Part shown: positions 30,313 through 41,362 of the stretch, piece by piece | Position numbering within the stretch: position 1 is the stretch's first letter | Layout of the letters: each line of letters starts with the position of its first letter | Origin: an uncultured Chlorobiaceae bacterium | GTDB lineage: Bacteria; Bacteroidota; Chlorobiia; Chlorobiales; Chlorobiaceae | DNA length: 64,000 bases | Direction of reading: 5' to 3' | Assembly (NCBI GenBank): GCA_903915955.1 | Contig: CAIWUU010000058.1 | Span: 8,169 to 72,168 of the forward strand | Notes under the pieces: generated by a model | Database searches by the model: none | Told to the model about the DNA's origin: nothing | What the model saw: the letters and a program-made list of their open reading frames with translations, nothing else | Made by a program: the position numbers and the translations under genes

Positions 30313-32778
30313 ATGAAAACAAAACATGCTCGGGCTTCTCGTTTTGTCCTTTCAGCGTTTTGCCTGACGGCATCATTGCTGCCTCTTTCTTCCTACGGAG
30401 CCGATTACTGGCACAGTAAAAGGCAAAATCATCGACAAATCCGACGGTGAAGGGGTCTTCGGCGCTTCGGTTACCATTGCTGGCACCACCATTGGCACCG
30501 CTACCGATATGAACGGCAACTTTACCCTCCAGAACGTCCACGCAAAACAGCAGAAGATTGCTATATCAATTGTTGGTTACGCCCCTGCAAGTCAAGTGAT
30601 AAACGTCAGCAGTGACAAAACAACCGAGGTCAACCTCCAACTTGCCAGACGACGATTATGGCATCAGAAGTTGTGGTTGGCGCCTCACTCTACAAACAGG
30701 ATCGGCTTGATGTGCCGGTTACTGCCAATGTGGTCTCGCATGAAAAGGTCAAACAAGAATCAAACCCGACACTCGACAGAGTTATTGAGGATGTTCCCGG
30801 TGTTGTCGTCACACACGCAGGAGGACAGACAACTTCCGGAATCCAGATCCGTGGCTCAAACACCTACCAGGGCAGCGCTATCGGTACCCGTGTCAGTGCA
30901 TTTTACGACGGCTTTCCGATCAACGCTCCTGAGTCTGGAGAAGTAGCCTGGTCATCAGTCAACATGAATGCCGCCGACAAGGTTGAGATCCTGAAAGGCT
31001 CTGCCGCAACACTCTATGGCTCAAGCGCCATGGGCGGAGTGGTGAACGTCTTCGGCCACCTTCCTGATAAAAATAGAAGTGAAAGCCGGTGTGAGCGGAG
31101 GTTTTTACGACGCTCCCCCATCCAGCGACCAGAGCCTCTTTTTTGCTGATGGCCACACCCCCTTGGTTTTGGAACACCTACGTTGGCTTGGGCAACAAGA
31201 GCGGCAAACTGAATTACAGCCTGCTTTATACTCACAGCAACGATGATGGCTACCGTCAGAACGCCAAAACAGAACTGAACGACGTAAAACTGAAGGCACG
31301 CTACGACATCGATGCCAGGCAATACCTGCTGCTCAGCACATCATACAGTGAGACAAACGGTGGATACGCGTACGAATGGTTTTCCGATTTCATACCTACA
31401 ACACTGACATTCATAGCCCATCCTGAGCGGGCTTATGACATTGCATATGAAGATTCTAAGGACGACCTCATCAAGCGAAAGAATGCACGGGTTGGGCTGA
31501 ACTATGTAAATCTCTTAAGCGACAAACTCAGCCTTGATACCCGCAACTACTATAACCCATAATGGAACCCATTACGAATACAATCCTTCGGGTCCAGACG
31601 AACAAATAATAGTAGGGTATTATCCAGCGGGTCCTCCTTTCTTTGGTGCGCCAATTTACGTTACTTCTCAGCCTGTTGGAAACTTCAACGAAACCTATTC
31701 CAATCGCCTTGGTGCAGGCACAAAACTCGACTGGAGGGTAAACAACTGTAATCGCCTTGTTGTTGGTCTTGAAGGCAGTACAACTGACTTAAAGACAACA
31801 CAGCTTACCACAGCATGGCCGACGGCAAGAGTTCTTGGTGATATTAACGAAAAAAGTTTGGCCGCATTTGTGCAGGATGAGTGGAAAATCACCAACAAAC
31901 TCACCTCTCTGTTCTCTCTCCGTTATGACTGGAGTGGCATTAATGGAGATCAGGTACAAACATCTTCGGCTGGCCCATGGAATGCGATCGAAAACCCCTC
32001 AGTTGACGCATTCAGCCCTCGTGTCGCCCTCAACTTCAAGGCAATGGATGATCTCTCCTTCCGTGCGTCGTGGGGAATGAGTTTCCGCGCACCGACCCTC
32101 TATGAGCGCTTCATCCGCAGCGCAGGTCCCTACACAGGAAATCCCAATCCTGCGCTCGACAAGGAGAGCATGACCGCCTATGAAATCGGTATGTTCAAGC
32201 AGTTCGGCGACAAGCTCTCCTTTGATATCGCAGGCTTTCTGAACGACTATAACAACCTTATTGAGTCCGTTATCCTTTCAAATACTCCGCTTCGTCTCTT
32301 CCAATTCAGGAACATTACAAAAGCCCGTATCTGGGGTATCGAGACCAGCCTGAATTACAGGCCGACAAGTGAATGGACACTGAATGCAGCCTACACATGA
32401 ATGCCAAAAACAAAAGCTATGCTGTAAGCACTCCGAGAGCCATTAATGACGACAATCCTGATCCGACATGGCTGGCTTACAGGCCGGAACACACCGCATC
32501 AGTAGGAACGACATGGAAACCGCTCAGTAAACTCTTGATTAACCTGAACGGACGCTATATCTCGCAATACAAGTCGGTCAGTGCACATGCAAACACAACC
32601 AGATCCAACTATCCCGGCGGCTTCATCGTCACGAATGCTGGACTAAAATACCATGTTGCAGAAGGAGCTGAGTTGAGCCTCCTCTGCCGTAACATCGGCA
32701 ACGATACAATACGAAGAAGCAGAGTGGTTCCGTGCCCCTGGACGCAGTTTTATTGCGGGAGTGGATTTCACATTCTGA
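30313..32778 (+). pseudogene. TonB-dependent receptor (CarboxypepD_reg + plug + barrel) disrupted by about 6-7 frameshifts
   Basis: Recognisable signal peptide, N-terminal regulatory-like domain, plug (IEILKGSAATLYGSSAMGGVVNV) and barrel pieces lie in frames 1,2,1,2,0,1,0,1. The canonical ...GVDFTF terminus is recovered only after the last shift. Confidence 0.85.
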
Positions 32779-32812
32779 TCAGAAACCTTTACAACGATAT
32801 GATTGTGACCCC

Positions 32813-32851
32813 AGCCAGCCCCTGAATCATCAAGGGCTGGCTCTTTTTTTT
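32813..32851 (+). terminator. rho-independent terminator downstream of the decayed TBDR
   Basis: The stem agccagccc/gggctggct has a 12-nt loop and is followed by an interrupted T-run (ctcttttttttaa). Confidence 0.8.
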
Positions 32852-32934
32852 AATCGTTAGTTTACATCGTGAGATTTTATTACATTTTGCAGTCCTGTTA
32901 AAACCACAAACAAACGTACATTTTTTGTATTTCT

Positions 32935-35900
32935 ATGCACGATAAAATCAGAATTGCCGCTATTGTCGGTATGGAACAATGCAATCAGCGTGTTTGGCGC
33001 GAAGTAACCTCCAAAATTGCTGATCATGCCGAATTGACTCAGTGGACCGATCAAGACCTCGAGCATCAGAACCCTGAAGCCGCAGAAGCTATCCACAATG
33101 CCGACTGTATTTTTACCACCCTGATTCAATTCAAGGGACAGGCTGACTGGCTGCAGGAACAAGTCAATCAATCAAAAGTTAAAGTTGTATTTGCCTACGA
33201 GTCAATGCCTGAAGTGATGCAGATGACTAAAATTGGCAATTATGTGGTCTCGGGTGATGGAAGTGGAATGCCTGATATCGTCAAGAAAGTTGCGAAGATG
33301 CTGGTAAAGGGACGCGATGAGGATGCTCTTTATGGTTACATGAAGCTGCTTAAAATCATGCGCACCATGCTCCCGCTGATACCGAAAAAGGCCAAAGATT
33401 TCAAGAACTGGATGCAGGTCTATACCTACTGGATGAACCCCACCACCGACAATCTGGCTTCGATGTTTAACTACATCATGGCAGAATACTTCGAGGTTGG
33501 CATCAAGGTTGAAAAAGTACAGGAGGTACCAACCATGGGTTTCTATCATCCTGATGCACCAGAATACCTTAAAGATCTGCACCATTACGAAAAATGGCTT
33601 CACAAACGCGACCGAAACGCAACAAAAAAACGCAATATCGGCCTACTTTTCTTCCGCAAGCATCTCTTGCAGGAGAAAGAATATATTGATAATACAATCC
33701 GTGCCATTGAGGCCAAGGGGCTCAATCCCCTGCCGGTTTTTGTGATGGGTGTTGAGGGTCACGTTGCCGCCAGGGAGTGGTTTACGCACAACAACATCGA
33801 TATGCTGGTCAACATGATGGGCTTTGGCTTTGTTGGCGGCCCCGCAGGCGCAACCACACCAGGCGCATCATCAGCCGCACGTGAGGAGATTCTCGGAAAA
33901 ATCAATGCCCCTTATGTTGTTTCACAACCACTCTTTATTCAGGATTTCACCTCATGGAAGTCGCAGGGCGTTATCCCTCTCCAGTCTGCCATGACCTACT
34001 CGCTGCCTGAAATGGACGGCGCTGTCTGCCCGGTTGTGCTCGGAGCCATCAAGGATGGACGCCTGCAGACGGTTCCTGACCGCCTCGAAAGGCTTGCCGG
34101 ACTTGCCAAAAAATTCTCAGAGCTGCGCCAGATTCCAAATAAAGAAAAGAAGGTTGCTCTGGTGGTTTACGACTATCCGCCCGGCATGGGCAAAAAGGCC
34201 AGCGCTGCCCTGCTGGATGTCCCCAAAAGTATTTATAACATCCTGCTTTCACTCCGCACTGAAGGGTATGATATCGGTGAGCTGCCGGAATCACCGGAAG
34301 CTCTGCTTGCCATGCTCGACAAAGCAACCGATTACGAAATCCAGGCACACGAGCAGGATTGCTTTGCCATCGACCGAGAACAATTCAACACTATCACCAG
34401 CAGCAGGGAGCGGGAGCGCATTGAGGGACGCTGGAGCGGCTTCCCTGGTGAAATTGCACCAATCAAGCCAGACAAGCTCTTTATCGGTGGTATCACCTTC
34501 GGCAATGTCTTTATCGGTGTTCAGCCACGCCTTGGCATCCAGGGCGATCCGATGCGTCTGCTGTTCGACAAGGAGAATACACCCCACCATCAGTATATCG
34601 CCTTCTATCGCTGGATCAGCCGCATTTTCCAGGCTAACGCCATGGTACACGTCGGTATGCACGGTACCGTAGAGTGGATGCCCGGGCTACAGCTTGGTGT
34701 TACCGGTGACTGCTGGTCAGACATTCTGCTTGGTGAAGTGCCGCATTTCTATATCTATCCTATCAATAACCCGAGCGAGGCCAATATTGCCAAACGTCGT
34801 GGTTATGCCACCATGATTTCACACAACATCCCGCCGCTGGCACGTGCTGGCCTCTACAAGGAGCTGCCTGCCTTCAAGGAGATGCTGAATGATTACCGCG
34901 AACGAGGACTGCAAACTACTGCGGATGCTGAAACAGAAGAGGTCATTATCACCAAGGCACAGCAGCTCAACCTGACAGATGATTGCCCTCGGGTTGAAGG
35001 AGAGGAGTTCCAGAACTATATCAGCCGTCTTTACACCTATATGATGGAGCTTGAGGGGCGCTTGATCTCGAACTCGCTGCACATCTTTGGAGAGACACCG
35101 AAGCTTGAGACCCAGGTAACCACCATTACCGAATACCTGAAGGTACGCGGCAATGAAAAATCCCTCCCATCAGTGATCATGCAGGCCATTGGTGAAGACA
35201 GAACGTATGGTGACTACGCATCGCTGGCTACACGTGCCCGAAAAGGCGAACAACAGGCGATGACCGCTCGCGAAACGGTAGATGGTCACACCAAAGAGTT
35301 TATTGAGCAGACAATTTTCGGGAAGAGCAACCCGACAAGCCTCTTTAACAAACTGACCAATGGCGCTAAAGTATCGCAGGATATGGTTGAGGCGATCAAT
35401 GGAGCACTGCAGGATGGCCTTGCCCTGAAGCTGGCCCTTGAGGACAACCACAATGAGATGAAAGGATTCCTGAGAGCCCTGTGTGGTGAATATATCCCGT
35501 CAGGTCCAGGCGGCGATCTGGTGCGTGACGGCGCTGGTATTCTGCCAACAGGACGCAACATTCACGCCATTGATCCATGGCGCATTCCTTCAGAACTTGC
35601 CTTCAAACGCGGCAAGCAGATTGCTGAAACAATCCTCAACCGCCACGTTGAGGAAAATAACGGCGAGTATCCTGAAACCATTGCCCAGGTGCTCTGGGGA
35701 CTTGATACCATCAAGAGCAAGGGTGAAGCCGTTGCCGTCATCATTCACCTCATGGGCGCTGAACCGGCTTATGATGGACAGGGCAAAATCAGCCACTACC
35801 GTCTGGTACCACTTGAAAAGCTTGGCCGTCCAAGAATTGATGTGCTGATCCAGATCAGCTCGATTTTCCGCGACACCTTTGGCGTCCTTGTCGACCATCT

Positions 35901-36738
35901 CGACAAACTGGTCAAGGATGCTGCGAAAGCCATTGAGCCGCATGAGATGAATCATATAAAAAAACATGTCGATGCCGCCCTGAAAGAGGGCAAGGATTTT
36001 GAGAGCGCGACATCGCGCCTCTTCACCCAGGCGCCCGGTGCTTATGGCTCACAGGTCGAAGAGCTAGTCGAAGATTCAGCATGGGAGTCAGAAGAGGATC
36101 TTGACAATATGTTTATCAAACGAACCGGTTTCGCTTATGGCGGCAACCGCTACGGCGACCAGCAGACTGATATCCTTAAAGGGCTTCTCAGCACCGTCGA
36201 TCGCGTTGTGCAGCAGGTTGACTCGGCTGAGTTCGGCATTACCGACATTGATCGCTACTTCTCCTCATCGGGAGCGCTCCAGCTTTCCGCTCGCCGCCGC
36301 AACCCGAAAGGTGACAACGTCAAACTGAATTATGTCGAGACCTTTACTGCGGATGTTAAGATTGACGACGCCGACAAGGCATTGAAGGTGGAGTTCCGCA
36401 GCAAACTCCTTAACCCGAAATGGTTCGAGACCATGCTCGACCAGGGGCACAGCGGCGCAGCCGAAATCAGCAACCGCTTTACCTATATGCTCGGATGGGA
36501 TGCCGTCACCAAAGGTGTCGACGACTGGGTGTACAAAGAGGCTGCTGAAACTTATGCCATGGATCCAAACATGCGCGAGCGACTTATGAAAGTCAATCCG
36601 AAAGCCTTCAAAAACATTGTAGGCCGTATGCTCGAAGCAAGTGGACGCGGCATGTGGAGCGCAGACCCTGACATGATAGAAAAACTGCAGGAGATCTACT
36701 CCGACCTTGAAGACCGCCTTGAGGGAATTGAGGTTTAA
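32935..36738 (+). CDS. bchH: magnesium chelatase large (H) subunit, BchH/BchS/BchT family
   Basis: 1267 aa of CobN/Mg-chelatase family sequence throughout (N-terminal KIRIAAIVGMEQ...). It is followed by bchM and bchE. I cannot assign which of the three GSB paralogs it is. Confidence 0.92.
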   Translation: MHDKIRIAAIVGMEQCNQRVWREVTSKIADHAELTQWTDQDLEHQNPEAAEAIHNADCIFTTLIQFKGQADWLQEQVNQSKVKVVFAYESMPEVMQMTKIGNYVVSGDGSGMPDIVKKVAKMLVKGRDEDALYGYMKLLKIMRTMLPLIPKKAKDFKNWMQVYTYWMNPTTDNLASMFNYIMAEYFEVGIKVEKVQEVPTMGFYHPDAPEYLKDLHHYEKWLHKRDRNATKKRNIGLLFFRKHLLQEKEYIDNTIRAIEAKGLNPLPVFVMGVEGHVAAREWFTHNNIDMLVNMMGFGFVGGPAGATTPGASSAAREEILGKINAPYVVSQPLFIQDFTSWKSQGVIPLQSAMTYSLPEMDGAVCPVVLGAIKDGRLQTVPDRLERLAGLAKKFSELRQIPNKEKKVALVVYDYPPGMGKKASAALLDVPKSIYNILLSLRTEGYDIGELPESPEALLAMLDKATDYEIQAHEQDCFAIDREQFNTITSSRERERIEGRWSGFPGEIAPIKPDKLFIGGITFGNVFIGVQPRLGIQGDPMRLLFDKENTPHHQYIAFYRWISRIFQANAMVHVGMHGTVEWMPGLQLGVTGDCWSDILLGEVPHFYIYPINNPSEANIAKRRGYATMISHNIPPLARAGLYKELPAFKEMLNDYRERGLQTTADAETEEVIITKAQQLNLTDDCPRVEGEEFQNYISRLYTYMMELEGRLISNSLHIFGETPKLETQVTTITEYLKVRGNEKSLPSVIMQAIGEDRTYGDYASLATRARKGEQQAMTARETVDGHTKEFIEQTIFGKSNPTSLFNKLTNGAKVSQDMVEAINGALQDGLALKLALEDNHNEMKGFLRALCGEYIPSGPGGDLVRDGAGILPTGRNIHAIDPWRIPSELAFKRGKQIAETILNRHVEENNGEYPETIAQVLWGLDTIKSKGEAVAVIIHLMGAEPAYDGQGKISHYRLVPLEKLGRPRIDVLIQISSIFRDTFGVLVDHLDKLVKDAAKAIEPHEMNHIKKHVDAALKEGKDFESATSRLFTQAPGAYGSQVEELVEDSAWESEEDLDNMFIKRTGFAYGGNRYGDQQTDILKGLLSTVDRVVQQVDSAEFGITDIDRYFSSSGALQLSARRRNPKGDNVKLNYVETFTADVKIDDADKALKVEFRSKLLNPKWFETMLDQGHSGAAEISNRFTYMLGWDAVTKGVDDWVYKEAAETYAMDPNMRERLMKVNPKAFKNIVGRMLEASGRGMWSADPDMIEKLQEIYSDLEDRLEGIEV

Positions 36739-36756
36739 ACAACTCTCTCATTGATC

Positions 36757-36810
36757 CTTATAACGCAAAAGCACGATGATGGGCCGTGCTTTTGCGTTAT
36801 AAGCTTTTAC
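36757..36810 (+). terminator. strong rho-independent terminator after bchH
   Basis: A perfect 19-bp stem cttataacgcaaaagcacg/cgtgcttttgcgttataag with a 9-nt loop, followed by cttttac. Confidence 0.85.
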
Positions 36811-37243
36811 TGAAAAGAAATAAAAAATCTATTGCAAAAACCACTTTGATCACACTATTTTTTCACATTTTCACGCAACAATCAACTATCCCGCAGCAGA
36901 GCTACGGGGTATGAAGCAATGTTTGGAATGCTTTCACGAAGCACAGCTTCGAGGAATATATTCCTATAGCGATTTAATCTCTCAGTTGAAATTGGACATA
37001 CCACAGAATCGTCCAATACTACGACGCTAAGTGAACCCGAGGCAGAGTAAAGTTATTCTAATTAGTGCTGTTTGAAATTGCCTGTTCTCGCCTCATCAGC
37101 CTCAGGATACCACTCTATTTCTTTATTGCCACTCCATTTGGTATATTCGGCCTTCAACCAGCTTGTATGGCCTCAAAGTGAATGATAAAAGATTATCACC
37201 CATATTTTTTGCAATCAACACTACAACCGTCAAACCCTTTACC

Positions 37244-37942
37244 ATGAGCAGCTCCTCATTCAATGCTGAAGAACACAAGAAAATGCTCCGTTCCTATTTT
37301 AACGGGCAGGGCTTTCAGCGATGGGCATCAATATACGGAGACGACAAACTCTCTTCCGTACGCAATACAGTCCGTCAAGGCCACGCCGTCATGATGGACA
37401 AGGCATTCGACTGGCTCCAGCAACTTGGACTGCCAAAAGGCGCAACGGTACTTGATGCCGGCTGCGGCACAGGACTCTTCAGCATCAGGCTTGCCAAGGC
37501 AGGCTACAAGGTAAAAGCAGTCGATATTGCCTCACAGATGGTTGACAGGGCAAGAGCTGAAGCCATCAAGCAGGGAGTAGAGAAAAACATCGAATTCGAA
37601 GTCAACACCATTGAGTCGGTAAGCGGAAAGTACGATGCTGTTGTCTGCTTTGACGTACTTATCCATTACCCGGCAGAAGGGTTTGCCCAGGCCTTCAGCA
37701 ACTTGAGCCGCCTTACCAAAGGGGCAATTATTTTCACTTATGCCCCTTATAATAACCTTCTTGCTCTCATGCATTGGGCTGGTGGCTATTTTCCAAAAAA
37801 GGAGCGCCGCACGACCATCCAGATGATCCGCGATGAAGAGATGAAAAGAGCAATGGAAAAAGATGGTATGCAGGTGAAGAGCAGAGAAAAGATCAGTTTC
37901 GGCTTTTATCACACCATGCTGATGAATGCCAGCCACCGCTGA
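37244..37942 (+). CDS. bchM: Mg-protoporphyrin IX O-methyltransferase
   Basis: The N-terminal [15 protein letters not shown] and the SAM motif [12 protein letters not shown] match. The start is set at [10 protein letters not shown] (ATG 37244). Confidence 0.85.
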   Translation: MSSSSFNAEEHKKMLRSYFNGQGFQRWASIYGDDKLSSVRNTVRQGHAVMMDKAFDWLQQLGLPKGATVLDAGCGTGLFSIRLAKAGYKVKAVDIASQMVDRARAEAIKQGVEKNIEFEVNTIESVSGKYDAVVCFDVLIHYPAEGFAQAFSNLSRLTKGAIIFTYAPYNNLLALMHWAGGYFPKKERRTTIQMIRDEEMKRAMEKDGMQVKSREKISFGFYHTMLMNASHR

Positions 37943-38137
37943 GATGACTCTATATAAAAACAGTGAATGTTTTACCGGTAATCAGGGTTCTTGTGGAAGA
38001 AAAAACCCTATGAAGTTTTTCTAAATAAATTGTAAATTGGGAATCGATGACTTTTTCAGGTCAGAATACAGGATTTCCGATGTATTGCACAACAAGTGAC
38101 TATTTCGTAAAAAAACATATCTGGAGGATGGAGACCG

Positions 38138-39778
38138 ATGAAAATACTGATGGTTCAACCAAATTATCATTCAGGTGGAGCCGAAATTGCCGGTAACTGG
38201 ACACCAAGCTGGGTCGCTTATATTGGTGGTGCCCTGAAAAAGGCAGGATTTGATCAGGTGCGTTTTGTTGACGCTATGGCCGAAGATATTCCTGACGACC
38301 AGGTCGAGGAGATCATCCGCAAAAACAATCCGGATGTGGTGATGGTAACCAATATCACCCCGTCAATCTTCAAGGCGCAGGCCATCATGAAGATCGCCAA
38401 AAAGGTAAACCCAAAGATCAAAACGATTATGGGTGGAATTCACTCAACCTTCATGTACCCGCAGGTGCTGAGTGAAGCTCCCGAAACCGATTACGTTGTC
38501 CGTGGTGAAGGTGAAGAGGTAACTGTTAACCTCATCAGAGAGATTGCCGCCGGAACCGACCTGAAAAACAGAGGTGAAATCACCGGTATCGCCTACATTG
38601 ATAACGACGGCAAGGTGTTCGCCACCGCAGCACATCCTGTTATTGAAGATCTTGATACACTCTCCCCCGACTGGAGCCTTTACGACTGGGATAAATATAT
38701 TTACACCCCTCTGAACTGCCGTCTTGCTGTTCCAAACTTTGCCAGAGGCTGTCCATTTACCTGCACCTTCTGCTCACAATGGCAGTTCTGGCGTCGCTAC
38801 CGTGCTCGCAGTCCCAAGCTTTTCGTCGATGAAATTGAGGTACTGGTCAAACAGTACAAAGTGGGCTTTTTCATCCTCGCTGATGAGGAGCCAACCATCA
38901 ACAAGCAGAAGTTTGTTTCGCTCTGTCAGGAGCTTATCGACCGCAAACTTGATGTTACCTGGGGTATCAACACCCGAGTGACTGACATCATGCGCGACGC
39001 TGATCTGCTGCCCTTCTTCCGCAAAGCTGGCCTTGTGCACGTCTCGCTCGGTACAGAGGCTGCCAGCCAGATGAATCTGAACCGCTTCCGTAAAGAGACA
39101 ACTATTGAAGAGAACAAGCTTGCTATCAAGCTCTTGCAGAAAAACGGCATTGTCGCCGAAGCGCAGTTCGTTATGGGTCTCGAACACGAAACCCCTGAAA
39201 CGATTGAGGAGACCTACCAGCTCTGCAAAGACTGGGATCCAGATATGGCCAACTGGACAATTTACACCCCATGGCCCTTCTCCGATCTCTTCAAAGAGCT
39301 TGGCGACAGGGTGGAGGTGCGCGACTACTCCAAGTACAACTTTGTGACGCCGATTATCAAGCCGGATAATATGGAGCGTGAGGATGTACTCAAGCTTGTG
39401 CTGAAATCTTATGCACGCTTCTACGCCCGCAAAACCTTCTTTGGCTACCCATGGATCAAGGATCCCTATGTCCGCAAGTACATGCTTGGCTGTCTGAAAG
39501 CATTTGCACAGACCACCATTACCAAGCGCTTCTACGACATTGACCGCGTCAAAACCAAGAACCGCAAAATTGAGATTGACCTCGGCTTCGACAAGTCAAG
39601 AATTCTTACGCAGGACGAGGTGAAAAACCTTAAGGAGCTGCGTCCGGAAATGGTCGCCGACATGAGCTTCGGCTTGAAAGAGGCTGGTTACCAGCGCGAG
39701 CACGACGAGCACAACTGGGACGAGTTCGACGAGAGCACCATCAAGGATCGTAACTCTTCGACCGTGCGCAACTGCTGA
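38138..39778 (+). CDS. bchE: B12-binding radical SAM enzyme, anaerobic Mg-protoporphyrin IX monomethyl ester cyclase-like
   Basis: 546 aa with an N-terminal cobalamin-binding-type domain and a CxxxCxxC in ARGCPFTCTFC. Its length and position after bchM favour BchE over the shorter BchQ/BchR methyltransferases. Confidence 0.7.
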   Translation: MKILMVQPNYHSGGAEIAGNWTPSWVAYIGGALKKAGFDQVRFVDAMAEDIPDDQVEEIIRKNNPDVVMVTNITPSIFKAQAIMKIAKKVNPKIKTIMGGIHSTFMYPQVLSEAPETDYVVRGEGEEVTVNLIREIAAGTDLKNRGEITGIAYIDNDGKVFATAAHPVIEDLDTLSPDWSLYDWDKYIYTPLNCRLAVPNFARGCPFTCTFCSQWQFWRRYRARSPKLFVDEIEVLVKQYKVGFFILADEEPTINKQKFVSLCQELIDRKLDVTWGINTRVTDIMRDADLLPFFRKAGLVHVSLGTEAASQMNLNRFRKETTIEENKLAIKLLQKNGIVAEAQFVMGLEHETPETIEETYQLCKDWDPDMANWTIYTPWPFSDLFKELGDRVEVRDYSKYNFVTPIIKPDNMEREDVLKLVLKSYARFYARKTFFGYPWIKDPYVRKYMLGCLKAFAQTTITKRFYDIDRVKTKNRKIEIDLGFDKSRILTQDEVKNLKELRPEMVADMSFGLKEAGYQREHDEHNWDEFDESTIKDRNSSTVRNC

Positions 39779-39812
39779 GTTGGAATTGCACCTGGTTTGA
39801 TTGAAAAAAGAG

Positions 39813-39840
39813 AGCCCTCCGCATTGCGGGGGGCTTTTCT
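39813..39840 (+). terminator. rho-independent terminator after bchE
   Basis: A 9-bp stem agccctccg/cgggggct (one G.U pair) with a 5-nt loop, followed by tttt. Confidence 0.7.
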
Positions 39841-39859
39841 TGTCTGGAACAAGCGGCTC

Positions 39860-40753
39860 TCAATTACCCTTCAACATCGTACCAATACCAAACAGATCAG
39901 CAATATTGGCGGCAGGATCAATAACCGGCTTGATAAGCGGTGACGCGCAGGTCATGAGCGTGGTAACGCCCGGTCCATGCCCGGCCTCAAGGCAATCACT
40001 GTGAACCACAATGCCAATAGTGATTGCTCCCTTGCGATATGCTCGGCCATAACGGTTGTCGTGGTCAAGCAGGGCAACAAAGTCGCCAAGACGAATCTTG
40101 TCGATACTGTACTCTTTGACAGTCTCGGCATCGCTGGTCATGATATCGTAATCTCCTTTGGCGACATGGGCAGAACCAATTCCTGAACCCATACAGACAG
40201 CAGGTACAATGGTGGTGACGGGCACTTCGAGCACACCTCCCTCAAGTTCACGAATTTTCATGGCGTGAAGCAAAACCGGATCAAGATTGAAAAGAGCAAT
40301 ATCCGGATAATCGGTGAGTTTCATCCCCTGACCCTTGCCACGAATGATGATGGTATCGCTGTAAAGCAGCTTCTCCTTGACATCACGCCGAAAATCGACA
40401 ATCACATGCTCAGAGCCACCATGATGACCAAGAACACGACCTTCAGCCCCTTTGGCCTCGCCGGTAGCAACCGTCGCAGTATTGCCCGCGCATGAAAAGA
40501 TCTGCAGGCCAACATTGGGATGTTCAAAGGGTTTCATGGTATCGGCAGTGCAACTGACTCCTGGCTCAATATGGTCGCCCGCCCAGCCAAATGCCGGATC
40601 GCCTGCCTGGACATTCAGGGTAATGCCTCCGATTGCTGGAAGAAGAAAAGGTAAACCGTTGTGGTCAACTTCCCAGGTACCTCTGGTTTTTGGCTGTCCC
40701 GGCTGGCATTGCAGCAGAAACTCTACAAGTTTTTGTTCGTTTGTGTTGAGCAT
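39860..40753 (-). CDS. conserved hypothetical protein (possibly DUF4438 family)
   Basis: 297-aa ORF with clean coding appearance, Gly-rich and beta-rich, with no catalytic motif I can name. The DUF4438 label rests only on remembered length and sequence style. Confidence 0.5.
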   Translation of the reverse strand: MLNTNEQKLVEFLLQCQPGQPKTRGTWEVDHNGLPFLLPAIGGITLNVQAGDPAFGWAGDHIEPGVSCTADTMKPFEHPNVGLQIFSCAGNTATVATGEAKGAEGRVLGHHGGSEHVIVDFRRDVKEKLLYSDTIIIRGKGQGMKLTDYPDIALFNLDPVLLHAMKIRELEGGVLEVPVTTIVPAVCMGSGIGSAHVAKGDYDIMTSDAETVKEYSIDKIRLGDFVALLDHDNRYGRAYRKGAITIGIVVHSDCLEAGHGPGVTTLMTCASPLIKPVIDPAANIADLFGIGTMLKGN

Positions 40754-40840
40754 GAATTATTCTTCGATTGTGTAGAGCATACAGTGAAAAAGAGTACTAC
40801 CTGCCGATACAGAGGCTTCAGGGAAAAGAGCAATTTGATG

Positions 40841-40870
40841 CAAAAAACAAAAGGCGCATGGTAGTGCACC
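40841..40870 (-). terminator. probable intrinsic terminator downstream of the cold-shock gene
   Basis: On the minus strand, ggtgca-ctacca-tgcgcc forms a 6-bp stem with one G.U pair, followed by ttttgtttttt. Confidence 0.5.
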
Positions 40871-40926
40871 CTCTGTTTTTTGTACCGTAATCAATGTCTG
40901 CCAGTTACAGGCAAAACGAAAATAAT

Positions 40927-41136
40927 TTAAAGAGGAGTTACATCTTCAGCCTGAAGGCCTTTTGCTCCCTGCGTTACTTCCATCGTTACTTTCTGGCCCT
41001 CTACAAGTGTTTTGCGACCTGTGCCATTGATGGCACTATGATGCACAAACACATCTTTTCCGCCTTTCTGTTCGATAAAGCCGTAACCTTTTTCTTCGTT
41101 GAACCATTTTACAGTTCCTTCAACCTGAGTACCCAT
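40927..41136 (-). CDS. cold-shock protein (CspA family)
   Basis: 69 aa with the RNP1 motif KGYGFI and the RNP2-like motif VFVHH, beginning [15 protein letters not shown]. Confidence 0.95.
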   Translation of the reverse strand: MGTQVEGTVKWFNEEKGYGFIEQKGGKDVFVHHSAINGTGRKTLVEGQKVTMEVTQGAKGLQAEDVTPL

Positions 41137-41362
41137 ATCTACCTCTTTTTATTTTTGCCAGTTAAACTTGGCGTTACAATGAGCAAACTTCGACATGAAG
41201 CGCTCAAAAACGAATTAATTCTTCGTAGGATTAATTTACTTACTTTATGCTAAATCAAAAAGGAAGTTTTGTGGTTTAGACCATTTTTTTATAATTGACA
41301 AAAAAACAACAATACCCTTCAACAGAGCTCTATAAACGCATAAACTCTTATCAAAAATCGTT

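Noticed and set aside
31143-32825. Treating ORFs 30509-30946, 30658-31149, 31143-31562, 31534-32400 and 32373-32825 as separate genes
   Set aside because: Their translations are consecutive pieces of one TonB-dependent receptor in shifted frames. I merged them into a single pseudogene call.
36890-37070. Assigning the bchH-bchM spacer hairpins to a known riboswitch or named sRNA family
   Set aside because: I recognised no conserved riboswitch core sequence, and the hairpins are short. I reported it only as a structured spacer that needs covariation analysis.
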